A stretch of 64,000 nucleotides of DNA, taken from Octopus sinensis. Its lineage: Eukaryota. The stretch lies in NCBI RefSeq assembly GCF_006345805.1, contig NC_042998.1, positions 71,858,001 to 71,922,000 of the forward strand, in the 5' to 3' direction. The notes under the pieces were generated by a model, which saw only the letters and a program-made list of their open reading frames with translations, was not told the origin of the DNA and did no database searches. The position numbers and the translations under genes are program-made. Shown piece after piece: positions 12,511 to 25,206 of this stretch; the first letter of the stretch is position 1, and every line of letters starts with the position of its first letter.

Positions 12511-13214
12511 AACACTAAAACTTAGCAAAACACCCGCTCCACACATTTCAAATTTCCAGGCACACTACCTCTCTACACGTAACATGCGTCTCAATTTAAG
12601 CCTGAAATTTTTAATTTATAATTCTTTACGTTCCGAAACACTCCGACAGTAATAATATATATTCCACACTATCGAAACTGTGTGCTTTTTATGTTCAGTG
12701 CCTTTATATAACCATATATAGTTTCAACCAACTGTTAAACATTTGCTTATAGCAGGTAACTACGTATCAAACAATTTTGAAGTAGTCTCTGTTCTGGTTA
12801 TTAAATTATATCATCACCTAACAGTAGTTTCCAATAATAACTGCTAAACGCTACCGCAAAAACGCAGAATACATATGTACACCAGTCACACTCCTTGGTA
12901 TACAAAATGTCATTATGCTTCTCATTTTACACCCATTTAGTCTTTCTCAGCTTCGAGAGAGATAATGAAGCAGTACCATTGACACAGTCACTTATCATTT
13001 CTTCATAAAAAAAGTTGCACATCATCAAAGAAGAAACAATTATTCTCCACGGTGAACACTTATATATACTGCGTTATTGTGCAGTGGACTGGGAAGAGGC
13101 TGAGATGAGAGTATAATTAATGCGGAGAAGAAATGTCGACACATACTGATACACGACTAAGAGGATATCAATGAAGCTGGAAGGTGATATGGAAACGCCC
13201 CAATATATATATAG

Positions 13215-13373
<159 letters not shown>

Positions 13374-13739
13374 CAAATTCGTATGTATGTATGTATGCCA
13401 GCATGCAAGTGTGTATGCATATACGTTTTCTTCTGTTTTGAATTATTTAAATTCTACTTCTGAAGAAGGAGATGCTTTATAACACAGATACAGAGTTCCA
13501 CGGTTGGAATGTAGATAACAAAAACAAAGTCACGTTTTAAACAGGAGAAATGTCTTCCCTTTTTCTATTGTCCAACTTACAGATTGAACTAGTATTGTGC
13601 CAATCGGCTGATTTATTTTTCTGAAAACCCTAACGCTTTCATATTATCAGCATTTACTTACAAAATTAAGTGCACCGATAATTATTGGTATACCATCTGG
13701 ATATAGAAGTACTTTCCCAAACAGTTGTCCATAATTGTC

Positions 13740-14330
13740 TTCTTTCTTATTGGTTTTCAAAAAATACTAACGTCAGCAGGTCAGCTGATCTCTTTGACGG
13801 CACATACTTTTCCGCTCTGTCTTAAACAACAATATCCAGTCTGATATGTTTATAATTCACAGATGTTTTGAGTGAGATGTTCTACTTATATTCCTTGTGT
13901 TGATGTTTGTGTATGTATTCAACAACAAGTATGTTCTCTGTATTTATTCTAGGACAGTCTTCTTTGAGAATGGTATTGCATACCGCTATTTAACAACGTC
14001 ATGTCGCATGGGTAAGTACTACTTTCATGACATTTTTGGCAGCTGCTAATTACAGGTGTAATGCCGTCCACAGGATATGACAATCTAAATTTTCGTTCAT
14101 CTTGGAACTCTAACGCTTTCAATGTCTTTCTTGCTCATTAGGATTTAAAATGCATACCCTTCGAAATTCGATATGATGTGGTGATCATGCGTCCAAGAAA
14201 GGATACGCTTCATGTTGTTATTCATGTCTTTTGAAAGTCTTCAGGCCACATACTCATAACTTTTTTTTCGATATGCATAACGTTTCATATCCAGGAGTCC
14301 TTTATGCTATGTTAGTTCGGCTCATTTGGG
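13740..14330 (-). mobile_element. Highly decayed RLE-type non-LTR retrotransposon fragment (C-terminal zinc knuckle/endonuclease region)
   Basis: Minus strand, with frameshifts and stops, gives ITPVISSC..KMS...YLPMRHDVV and HIRLDIVV*DR. These match the element at 15235-16070 (ITHVESSC.KMSSRYYLPM.HDVA, HNRADITISDR). Confidence 0.6.
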
Positions 14331-14429
14331 GTTCAATGGGAAGTATTCAGGAAGAGATTGCTTCCTGAGAAACCTGCTGCAAACATTATATTCTTCACTT
14401 CTGATTGTCTGTGTGTACATGCGTTTGTA

Positions 14430-14520
14430 TGTTTGTATGTATGTATGTATGTATGTATGTATGTATGTATGTATGTATGTATGTATGTATGTATGTATGT
14501 ATGTGTGTATGTATGTATGT
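14430..14520. repeat. (TATG)n microsatellite
   Basis: Directly visible. Confidence 0.97.
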
Positions 14521-14960
14521 ATGCATATATATGATATATGTATGTATGTATGTATTATGTATGTACGTACCTACGTACAAAAGTATATATGTCATTATTC
14601 ATTTTTTCAAGATTTTTTGTCAATAGTAAATGAACCGATTTGCAACCTAGATCCAAGGCTCCTTTATTGGAATTTCTACAAAACAAGGGCTATGGGTCCT
14701 TCACTCCCAATGGTTTAACCGCACGATCGGGTATTCAGTCCGATTATTTCTATGTCACTGCGCAAGGTACAGCCATAAGCTGGATAATATAGATAAAAAA
14801 AAACGTACGATATATAAACATATTGATATGCAATAAGTACATAAAATATACGATATGTAATACTTAAAAATATATATACCATGAGCAAACTATAAAACAA
14901 TATATGAAATTAGTGAGAAAAAGTGGGGATATACAGTAAATACATAATTACATACATATT

Positions 14961-15150
14961 GGATGGCTGTTGACTCTCAGGAGTTCCTCCACCCTTTGAC
15001 GGGTTTTGTTTTTCCTACTGCAGGGTGTCCAGTGAACACCCTCCTCACCAATTAAGCTTGGTGGGGTTGCCGGTCTAGTCGCCGACAGCCCGATCATGCA
15101 ACATGTTGTACTGGGTTACATGTTACCAGTAGCACTCGAAAGTGAACTGA
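14961..15150. other. GC-richer, multi-hairpin cassette ending at a (CATA)n tract; probable SINE or LINE UTR piece
   Basis: Several short inverted repeats plus end-to-end pairing (see findings). Family not identified. Confidence 0.35.
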
Positions 15151-15154
15151 CATA

Positions 15155-15218
15155 AACATAAACATACATACATACATACATACATACATACATACATACA
15201 TACATACATACATACATA
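15155..15218. repeat. (CATA)n microsatellite
   Basis: Directly visible. Confidence 0.97.
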
Positions 15219-15234
15219 CTCTACCGTAACATGT

Positions 15235-16070
15235 CATGAGATAAAAAGTTGAGCATATATCAGCAGAAGACCATGCATGGATATGTTAGTAGAACATTCG
15301 AAATGATAATAACATTGATCATCAAAAAATCTATCATGGTCAAACAACTGGATTACTACCTCCGGCTTAGAAAGGTGTGAGTTTGCAATCCAGGAACAGG
15401 AAATTTTAAGCAAAAGCCTGAGGCACAAGGGGGTGGGGAGAGATACAGGGAAAGAAGAAAAATTTGACAATCGATAGAGACTTGATGGAGATAACACCGA
15501 AGATATCACCCACGTTGAAAGCAGTTGTTCAAAATGTCATCACGGTATTATCTACCGATGACACATGATGTAGCTAGGACATTGTATAACGAGATCTTTC
15601 GAAACGATAAACCCGAGGACAAATAAATTAGAACGCATAGTATGGTGGAAGCCATGGCCACTCATAATAAAAAGGAGTACTGGTGGAATGTTGCGGTGGA
15701 AACTCGATAAAATGTAAACACAATAGAGCTGATATAACAATTTCAGATAGAGAAGAGGGGCTGCGTACAGTTGTCGAAATCGGCTGCCCAGAAGATGTTA
15801 ACATAAAGCTGAAGATCAGTGAAAAAGAGAATATCTACTCTGAAATACCGAGACATCTATACTTACTCTATCCAGATTGCAATTTCAGATATCTACCTAT
15901 AATTATTGGGGCACTGGAATATGTAACACACTGTCTAAATACCAATCTTGAGAAATAAGGCTTCTCAAAACTACAAGGGAGAAAGCTGATCCAAAGACTA
16001 CAGATCCAAAACATCACTGGAACTGTAAATATCCGTAAAAAATTTAGAGAAGTGTATCCATTTAAGTATA
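15235..16070 (+). mobile_element. Decayed 3' fragment of an RLE-type LINE (zinc knuckle plus PD-(D/E)xK endonuclease)
   Basis: Across frameshifts: FAIQEQEI...EDITHVESSC...EYWWNVAVET..KCKHNRADITISDREEGLRTVVEIGCPEDVNIKLKISEKENIY...LPIIIGAL...GTVNI. Confidence 0.85.
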
Positions 16071-16100
16071 AATGAACATGTCTAGCCACGCAACTATCGT

Positions 16101-16484
16101 GGCACTCTGTCATTTACAACGAGGAGGGTTCCAGTTGATCCGAATAACCCAACAGCCTGCTTGTAAAATTATCGTGCAAGTGGCTGCGCACTCCACACAT
16201 ACGGGTACACTTAACGTAGTCGTCGGGGAGATTTAGCGTGACACAGAGTGTGACAAGACTGGCCTTTTGAAATGCAGGTACAACAGAAACAGGAAGAAAC
16301 TGTGACAGAAAGTTGTGGTGAAAGAGTACAGAAGTGTTCGCTTCCAGCCCTTGCGGGAGTCTCGTGTGGCTTTTTAGATGTTTTCGGTCAATAAACACAC
16401 GCAACGACGCCCGGTCTGGGAAACGAAACCGCGATTCTACGACAGCGAATCCGTTGCCCTAACCATGGGGCCATTCCGCCTCCA
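16101..16484 (-). mobile_element. Full-length tRNA-derived SINE (octopus type)
   Basis: Minus strand head GGAGGCGGAATGGCCCCATGGTTAGGGC (A box) and GGTTTCGTTTCC (B box). 3' body GTACCTGCATTTCAAAAGGCCAGTCTTGTCACACTCTGTGTCACGCT...GGATCAACTGGAACCCTC is typical of an abundant octopus SINE as I recall it. Confidence 0.85.
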
Positions 16485-16600
16485 CACATGCAACAATATG
16501 CATGATAATACATGCATAAAATAAAACATACAGATCTGTACATATACACACATACATACGTACGTACATACATACATACGTACATACATACATATACAAA

Positions 16601-18960
16601 TATACCCCGGTGTAATAGTGTGGAGAGGACTTTACGAGAGGAAATGAATGCTGCAGATATTGGGGAGGATTGGCCAACCGTTAAAATGTCAGTTTATGAT
16701 ATAGGTAGGGAAGTTGTGGGATTGATACAATGAAAGCGTCAAGATTGGTTTAAAGAAAATTATGAACATATAGATGATAGATTGGCTGATAAAAGACGTA
16801 TTTTGTCACGCTGTTTTTCAGCGAAGCCACAGGAGCGAGATGTGTTGAATAGGAAACTCAGAGATGTGAAATCACGCGTGAGGCGGAGGCTCTCTCTCAT
16901 GAGGGACACATGGTGGAGTATGAAGGCTGATGAGATACAGGCGGCGTCGAATTCCAATAAAACAAAGCTTTTGTGTGGTCACTTGCGAGATGTTTATGGA
17001 GCGAATTCTCTGATGACACCACTTCGAAGCAAGGACGGTAAACAAGTTCTTCGTGCATCACAAGAAATTCTGCAAAGGTGACGAGAACACTTTGATGAAT
17101 ATTTGAATCAGTAGTCTGTAGTTAGTGAAAAGGTTCTTAATCTCAAGTCTGAATTACCTGTGAGGGTGACTCTCGCGGAACCACCAATGTTGGAAGACGT
17201 TGCAGTGGCTTCCTCAAGGATGAATAATGGGAGGTCTCCGGGTTTGGATGGCATACATGCGTAGTTGTTACAACATGGTGGTGAGAAACTTCTGCAGCAA
17301 CTTCACTCCTTGCTTGACAGGATATGGGGTAGTGAATCTGTACCTGAGGACTGGAGAGATACAGGGACGGTGGTCTTATATAAGGGAAAGGGCAACATGA
17401 ATGATTGTGGTAACTATAGGGGAAATATCATTGTCGTAGGAACGTTTCTATGCTCGGTACTTCTGGATCGTCTGCTGAATTACGTTGCAGATTGTGTTCT
17501 TCTAGTAAGTCAATCTGGCTTCCGTGTGGGACGCAGCACTGCTGATGTGATCACAGCTAGAGAGCTCCAGGAAACGTGCGTAGAACAGGGTCTAGATTTA
17601 TATCAGGTTTTTCTCGAAATGACAAAATCCTTTGATACAGTTAATAGAAATGCGCTGTGGAAAGTCCTCTAGAAATTTGGTGGTCCTTAAAAGTTTGTTG
17701 CTTTGGTTAGATCTTTTCATGAAGACATGAAGGGTAGGGTTGATGTTAGGGGTAAAATGTCGGAGCCTATCTCAATAAAAATAGAGTGAAACAGGGGTAT
17801 ATTCTGGCACCTGCACTATTTGCCATATATTTGCGATGGTTTTCTGTATTGCGTTCAGAAATTGGAGATATGAGGTTTACATCCATTATCAGACCTCAAG
17901 TAGCATATTTAATACCAGGTACTATGTGGCGAAAACAAAGGTATTCACTTCTATCATTAGAGACCATTTGTATGCAGATGGTTTTTATCTAGTAGCGCAC
18001 ACAGAGATTGATATGCAACACATTTTGAATGTATTCTCTGATGCTTGCATTGCCTTAGGATTGACAGTCGGTCTCAAGAAAACTGCTGTCATGTTCCAAC
18101 CTACCCCTGATATGGAGCATATTGAACCAAATATCTATGTGTATGGTAAACGACTTGGTGTAGCTGATGGGTTTCTCTACCTGGGAAGCACTGTTAATAG
18201 ATATAGCAATTTGGATAATAACATTCCATACAGAAGTAGGAAAGCAAGTAATGCTTTCGGAAGGCTAGAAACACGCCTCTGGAGTCGGCGAGACATATGC
18301 AGGAGGGCAGAGGTAAAAGTGTACAAGGCGTGCGTGCTCTCTTCTCTTTTTTACACCTGCGAGACCTGTGTCAAATATCGACACCATCTTAAACAAGTGG
18401 AACGTTTACATCAGATGTGTCTCAGACGGATCTATGGTATTAAGTGGGAAAGCAGCATCAGTGATCTTGAGATATTGGAAATCTCTCGGTGTGAGATTCT
18501 ATGTGAATAGAAGCTCTTGTGTTGAAGCAAAGGCTCAGATGGTGTGGTCATCTGGTCAGGATGACAGATACAAGGATGCCAAAACAAATCGTTTATGGTG
18601 AGTTAGCTAAAGGAGAATGAACTCCACATAAACTAAAACATAGGTATAAAGACTTGCTGAAGGCTTCCTTGAAAGATGCTAGCATCTCTCCTGACACATG
18701 AGAGGGCATAGTTATGGACCGTAGCAGGTGGAGAAGGATTGTGCACGAGGGGGCAGCTACTTTTGAGAAATCTCCAGTTGCGCTTGAGAAAATAAGGAGG
18801 AATGTGAGGAAGAGCATCGTTGTTGAACTTCTAGACTGTAATGGTCTTCCTATGACGCTGACATGCAGTGTCTGTGCAATACCCTGCCTCATGCTACACA
18901 CCATCCTAATCATATATGTCAGGCATGTGGGAGGGAGTGTGATTCGGTGAGAGGACTTAA
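16601..18960 (+). mobile_element. 5'-truncated, decayed RTE-clade LINE (reverse transcriptase)
   Basis: Fragments KRQDWF, WWSMKADEIQ, PLRSKDGKQVL, GRSPGLDGIHA, YKGKGNMNDCGNYRG, QSGFRVGRSTAD, KSFDTVNRNALW, KQGYILAPALF, LYADG (YADD), FLYLGS and KVYKACVLSSLFYTCET, with multiple stops and frameshifts. Confidence 0.93.
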
Positions 18961-19149
18961 ACAACATGCAAACGTACATGAAGTCCAATTACAAATACAG
19001 CCGGCTATTGCCAGTAAAGGTTTTTAGCTGCAAATTCTGAATAAGACATTTTAGAGTTTTGGCTGGGCTAAAAATTCACTTTCGATCGCAGCACCGTTAA
19101 CGGTTAAGCGTCATGCAATGGCCATACACGATAACAAGGGGGCAGCCAT

Positions 19150-19161
19150 CATGTATGTATG

Positions 19162-19223
<62 letters not shown>

Positions 19224-19275
19224 TGTATGTATGTATGTATGTATGTATGTATGTATGTATGTATGTATGTATGCA
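19150..19275. repeat. (TATG)n microsatellite
   Basis: Directly visible. A (TA)n tract follows at about 19420-19470. Confidence 0.97.
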
Positions 19276-19417
19276 TGCATGTAGTACTCTACATTGCTTG
19301 CAGCAATTTTTGTGTGTAAATTTTATTTATTTTAAAGAATATTTTAAAGCGTTGCAGGTAATTCGTCCTGTAGCTGTTTTCCAGCGGTGGTGAGGGACAA
19401 ACACAGGTACACGCACA

Positions 19418-19484
<67 letters not shown>

Positions 19485-19670
19485 GTATATGAGGAAGCTT
19501 TGTCCCATACAGCTACTCCTGCCCCGATAAAAATTAACAATAATTGCCAAAAGTTCGATGAAAAAGTATGCCTGGGCAAAATCAAAAGGACAGTGATAGC
19601 AACACTTTTAGAGTGAATTTTAAACGTGATTGTGCAAGTCCTCAGGATGAAGGACTCGTATATATTTCAG

Positions 19671-19830
19671 GTTTTCTTTCTTGACTATGTCATATATCCA
19701 TGATGCCTTCTTAAATGGTTATATAATCATAGATAACAAGAAAAAGAACAGCTATTTTATTGAGAACAAAGAAGCTTTAGAGATAAGTGACACGTGTTTA
19801 CGAAATATCACTACTAGTGGAACTATTTTT
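19671..19830 (+). CDS. Candidate internal exon, unknown protein (FSFLTMSYIHDAFLNGYIIIDNKKKNSYFIENKEALEISDTCLRNITTSGTIF)
   Basis: TATTTCAG acceptor and GTAAGA donor flank a 160-nt open frame (phase 2 to 0). No homology recognised; may be chance. Confidence 0.2.
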
Positions 19831-20299
19831 GTAAGAGAAAAGTAGAAATGAAAAATGTAACAAATAAAAGAGATTTAATGCGAACAAATATAATGTTATA
19901 TCACTGAAATAATAGAACGTCTAAAAATGTAATGCTTTTACTGATGTAATTAAAAGACAATATTCTGTATAGCTGGAGGAAAGCGTACAATAATTTATTG
20001 TGCATGATTATAACAACATTATTTTAGTAGGCATGATACTTGACTACATAGCTAATTAACAAATTAATTAATTTATTAAATAATTAATTAATTAATTTTA
20101 ACTGTACTGTAAGGGTAATATGTATTCATTCCTCAAAACAAGGCGCATATATTTTCATTTAAATATATATTTCACACCATTTTTCTATTACCAGTTAGCC
20201 ATTTATTTTTTAATACGATTATTCTAGTGACTTCAATAAAAAGAAAGACAAAACTTACAGAAATTACTCTTCAGACAATCAACATGGTGGAAGAGGTTC

Positions 20300-20800
20300 T
20301 TGATGCTGGTAGATGGTATCTAGCTTTCCTAGAAACTCATAAAAGGGATGGAGCTTTCAAAGGAAGTCTCCAGAGATGTGTTTGAATACAGTTTGGCAAT
20401 GATAGGTGTGCCTACTTGTAATGCAGAATAAAGAAAATGTTTTGTCGTTTGGACTGACTTCTTTCCTAAAAGGTAATACGATCCCTGGAGAAAGACCAAG
20501 AGAATAAACATTTGTTTGTATTGAAGTTTGATAGGGCAAGCAAAAATTAACTGTAACGTGAAATTGCAAAAGAATATAAGAGGATGGTCAAAGTGAACTT
20601 AAAACATGAATAGAGTGAATGCTGTAAAGGAATCAATACTCGAGTAATAGAAATACTGAGAGTTGTGTAGCATTCTTGCAAAATAAGATTATCACCAGAA
20701 ATGAATATTCGATGTAGGAAACTGTTAGCAATGTTGCAATGTTTTGTATTCATACGGTATTTATCAAGGAAAGTGTGAGTCATAAGGCTACTCAATGAAA
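20300..20800 (+). mobile_element. Very old RLE-LINE reverse-transcriptase fragment
   Basis: Decayed matches to the post-YMDD region: SKEVSRDV, QFGNDRCAYL (cf. MEFGLEKCAKA at 26.8 kb) and EYKRMVKVNLKHE..KGINT (cf. ECYRRVRAVLKSELN..LAINS). Confidence 0.5.
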
Positions 20801-21139
20801 TAAGATACACTACATTGGTCAGTTATATGAACTGAGAAGAAAAACGTTATATCTGTAACCAGGTGGATCAATGGCGGATACTGAAAAGCAGTAAATGATT
20901 ACAAAGGAAAAAAATAGGAGAAAGAAAACTGATCAGAACATAGTAGTATATGAACATCACTACTAGAGTTATAGTATGGGAAAGCAAATGTAGTGGAACA
21001 GGAAGCGAAGTGAAAAAAGAAAGAGGAGAAGATGAGAAGAAGGAAATGATGAAGGAGGGAAGGAGGAGAAGAAGGACAAAGAAAAAGGGAGAGGTTGATG
21101 ATAAGTTTGAGGACAACGACGATGACAGTGGGGGGGAGT

Positions 21140-21394
21140 GATGCTAATATTGATTATGATGATGATGATGATGATGGTGGTAATGGTGGTGGAGGTGGTG
21201 ATGATGATGATAATGATAACTATGATGCAATGATGATGATAATGATTATGATAATTATGATAATGATGATGATGATGATGATGACTACTACTACTACTAC
21301 TCCTACTATTACTACTACTCCTACTATTACTACTACTACTACTACGAAGACGACGACAACGACGACGACGACGACGACGATGATGATGATGATT

Positions 21395-21438
<44 letters not shown>

Positions 21439-21440
21439 AC
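21140..21440. repeat. Compound trinucleotide microsatellite (GAT/GGT/ACT/ACG/GAT)
   Basis: Directly visible; source of the poly-His, poly-Met and poly-Thr pseudo-ORFs. Confidence 0.97.
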
Positions 21441-22515
21441 TGCACAAATGCAAACTCGACGCTTCAGAGATCTGACAAAATATGGAGCTAGTATAGACAA
21501 TATGCAACTATAACGACACATGTCTCTTGTAAAAAAAATTTAAAACGAACACAAATTGTAATAGCCAAACAAAATCAATAACGGAATTATTTGCTTTCCG
21601 TCTTGGGTAACGTGACCCTATATATAATAAAAAATTACGATCCCCAACATGTTTTGTTTTGAAGGCAGTAAGTGTAGCACTATGACATTTTTCAGTGTTG
21701 TCTGCGAGTATATGAATGACTGCAGGAAATTATCCGCGGATCCAAGATGAGAAACAAGCTTCCTATAATTGCATCAGAGAACAAGACGGTTTATTTAAAA
21801 TTATTACAAATATATAAATGGCAGTCGACAATGAAAATAACAAGCTAAAATATTTGGCTAGGCACTTAGATGTTCAAAACAAACGAAAGTGAGATTAGAA
21901 AATACATAAAGATATCACCAGTGATGGTGTTGCATTTTTGTAAAAACATATTCTGCTTTATACAAATATATCTAAATTTACAATTATGAAGAGCATTGTA
22001 TGTCAAACTTAGCCTGTATATATCTCGCAACCAAGTTTTAACATTGCCAGTTAAAATTTATTTGGTACTTGGACAGCAATAAAGTTTAGGTAAAAATAAT
22101 TAGATACATTCTGGGAAAATGGAAATAAAGAAACTACCGAATTCTTTTACTTAACTTAGCAGATAACTCATAATATATGAAAATAATAAAAGACTGCGTT
22201 ATGAAAGTATCCACAATTGGCTTTATAAAATGCATACAATAACGTTTGTTGTTTCTTTGTAACATTAATATGAAAAATAAACTTCTAAAACTTATACAAA
22301 TTTAAAGATTAAAATCTAGATTAGAGTCGGTTAAAATATATTTGAATAGTATATATACTATCGATTCCTGATGGATAACTGACAGAGAAAACAACCAGTT
22401 GGCGTACAATGTGAAAAGATACAACAGAAAACCCAGCATACTATTTGTTCAATTGTGTTTACCCCGCTGTATAGGATATTAATCAGTCATCAACATACAT
22501 AATTGTTAATTCCAG

Positions 22516-22572
22516 GTGATTATGCACGCATCGCAGACATTGGAACTGAATTCATGTTTGATTATATGAAAC
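22516..22572 (+). CDS. Candidate 57-nt phase 1-1 exon (G)DYARIADIGTEFMFDYMK
   Basis: GTTAATTCCAG acceptor, GTACGG donor, open symmetric frame. Unverified. Confidence 0.2.
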
Positions 22573-23569
22573 GTACGGTCCGCTGATTTTCTCCATTATA
22601 TTTATGAAATTCATATATTAACAGTTGAAATTTGCCATGTTACAAAGCTCTCTGTGGAGGAATATTTTCTTCTGCACATGTTATTGGAAATAGCAATGTT
22701 CGGTTAATATACCTGATATTGTTAATAACACCGAAAGCGTTGTGTATCAGATAATAATATTAGGATGTTTCTGATTAGAGTTTGCTCAGATTTTATGAAG
22801 TCCGAACAAAGGTTTCAATTATTTACCTCGCTTGTAATGTGCTTTCTGTGTAAGGTCTGCCATGTTTGTGTTCATAAGTTATGCAAAAGGATAAATGCTT
22901 ATATACATACTTATGCATGTGTGTTTGTGAATGTGTGTATTTGTGCGTGTGTAACGTAGATATTTTTTCGAGATTTCAGTGTTTTACACTTTTTCAATAT
23001 CCACACCAGTAATTAATAAAGTAACAATGCTCGTTTCTTAACGGTATGACGGTACTTGGGTTTTCAAAACCATGGATTAGTGTGTAAATATATGTAGATA
23101 ACTGCTAGTAGATAAACTTATACGCAAGCAGTGACTACTCATTTTACACATTTTCCGTCAACTTCATTGTTTTCATGTGTCAGAGGACGTATAACATTTA
23201 CACATGGATTTCCGCGTATTCGTTCAGTGTACAACCAAAAATGTTTGTTGCTCTTTATAATCGATTGAAATTAAAAGGATCCGATACATTTGCTCCGTTC
23301 ACATTTAAAGAACACCATCTTTCTTTCAAGTAGGCTGCTATGTAGCAAAATCGGGTGCAATTGAATAAATCTTGCATATGACGTCTGTAAGAATTTAAGT
23401 TTCTTCCTATTTGTACTCCATGCTTTCATTTGTCGTATTTTCTTGACACGTTCTCATCAACCTTGGGAACATCTTTAAAAAATTGTATATTTTTATTCCC
23501 TAACATATACAACGATATCTAACTTATTATCTTTACACTACATTGCTGTTTAATTAGAATGTTCCACAC

Positions 23570-23720
23570 TTCTCCTTCTTCTTCTTCTTCTTCTTCTTCT
23601 TCTTCTTCTTCTTTCTTCTTCTTCTTCTCTTCTCTTCTTTCTCTTCTTCTTCTTCTCCTTCTCCTTCTCCTTCTTCTTAGTCGTCTTTTTCCTCTTCTTC
23701 TTGTTATTATTATTATTAAT
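23570..23720. repeat. (CTT)n/(TTA)n microsatellite
   Basis: Directly visible. Confidence 0.95.
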
Positions 23721-23739
23721 ATTTCCTTCTTTTTCTAAA

Positions 23740-24170
23740 TTCTTATCCGTTTGAATAGGAAAGTCCCATAAAATCTGACTCCAGTACATTTCCGACTCAG
23801 TGATTGTACCATGTGCTCCCAGCTTCAAATCCCCATTTCTGGCACGGTCGATTAGTAAGCAACTTCACTATTCCTTAACTATAATTGTTATATTCGGTCT
23901 ATTATTTTCTAACTTCTTGTCCTTATGAATAGGAAAGTCCAACAAAAGCTTACATTTCTCCTCCTCCAGCACTCTTTTGACTCGATAATTGTACCATATA
24001 TTTCCAGCTTCAAATTCGCATTTCTGGCACAGTTTCCTGTGTAACATTTTTACCGCCTGTTCGTGCCTCCATTTCTTCTATTGTTGTGTCAATTTGGGGC
24101 ATTCCGCCACGGTGTGTGCTACTGTCTCGTTCCAATATCCACAGGCTCTACATTTTTGTGCTACATTCCC
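23740..24170 (-). mobile_element. Decayed RLE-LINE fragment(s): CCHC knuckle to endonuclease start, with an internal repeat
   Basis: Minus strand: KCRACGYWNETVAHTVAECPKL..RHEQAVKMLHRKLCQKCEFEAGNIWYNYRVKRVLEEEKCKLLLDFPIHKDKKLENNRPNITII, then again CQKWGFEAGSTWYNH..ILWDFPIQTDKNLE. Confidence 0.85.
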
Positions 24171-25134
24171 ATATATTTATTTGTTCTCAAGTTCTTTGTT
24201 TTTTTATCGTTCGATAATTATGCTTTATTATTATTGCCCTATGCATACATAAATCTATACACAGTTATGATGTGTGTGCGTGCACGCAGGTGTCAGCGAT
24301 GGATTTGAGTGTTTCGTTGTTTATGAGTTGCTTTGTTAATTACACTGGAGTATTGTTTTCCTTTTAGAAATTTGAAATTATTAGGAGGTGTGAATTCCCA
24401 ATCCCTTCGCTCGCGCCCCTTTTAGTCGTTTCTTATGCCACGCAAGCATTACGGCAACTGCATTTTTCTAAGTCGCTGGGGTGTTTGGTAGTGTTTGGCC
24501 GCGTTCTATGCTTTCACCCGATCATAGAACGGGGCTCGTTTCTTTCAGCTGGGAAATGACTGGAATACCTGGGGTTTGTTTTGTTGTTGCTACCTTCTGC
24601 TAAAAATGGGGAATACGCCTGGGTATATAGAAATAAATAAATAGATAAATACCTATAATGGTGATACTGAAACGAAATTTAAATTGAACTTACAAATATC
24701 TCGATAAACAAGTAACCATATTATTTATATTCTACAAACGAACTACAGTACGTTTGATTAGCTCACCGTTATGGAAAGACGTTGAAAATACTTATCATAT
24801 TGTATGCAATATTTTGTATAAGTATTTGATTTTGTTCACTTCCTTTTTTTTATAATCAGGATTATTATTGGAATAATGATTTATTAAGTCATATGCAAAT
24901 TTTACCTATATGCGTTTGGCGTAGAGATCGATCAATTCTTGTAGTATTCACTAATGTAGGCTTCTAATCCTCTTTTAGTCCAACACTTACAAAGCTTCAT
25001 TCAGCGCAATTAAAAAGCATGGGTGAGCAATGAATTGTAAGCAATACTATTGCGAACAAAATTATCTGCGCGCAGGGTATGCATTGCCTCTCTGATGCCT
25101 TTTTTCATTCTTCTTCTTCTCTTCTTCTTCTTCT

Positions 25135-25142
25135 TATTATTA

Positions 25143-25206
<64 letters not shown>
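25135..25206. repeat. (TTA)n tract at the 3' end of the R4/Dong-like element
   Basis: Directly visible. Confidence 0.97.

Noticed and set aside
16410-16484. tRNA gene
   Set aside because: Only A/B boxes are retained, there is no acceptor stem, and it continues into a SINE body.
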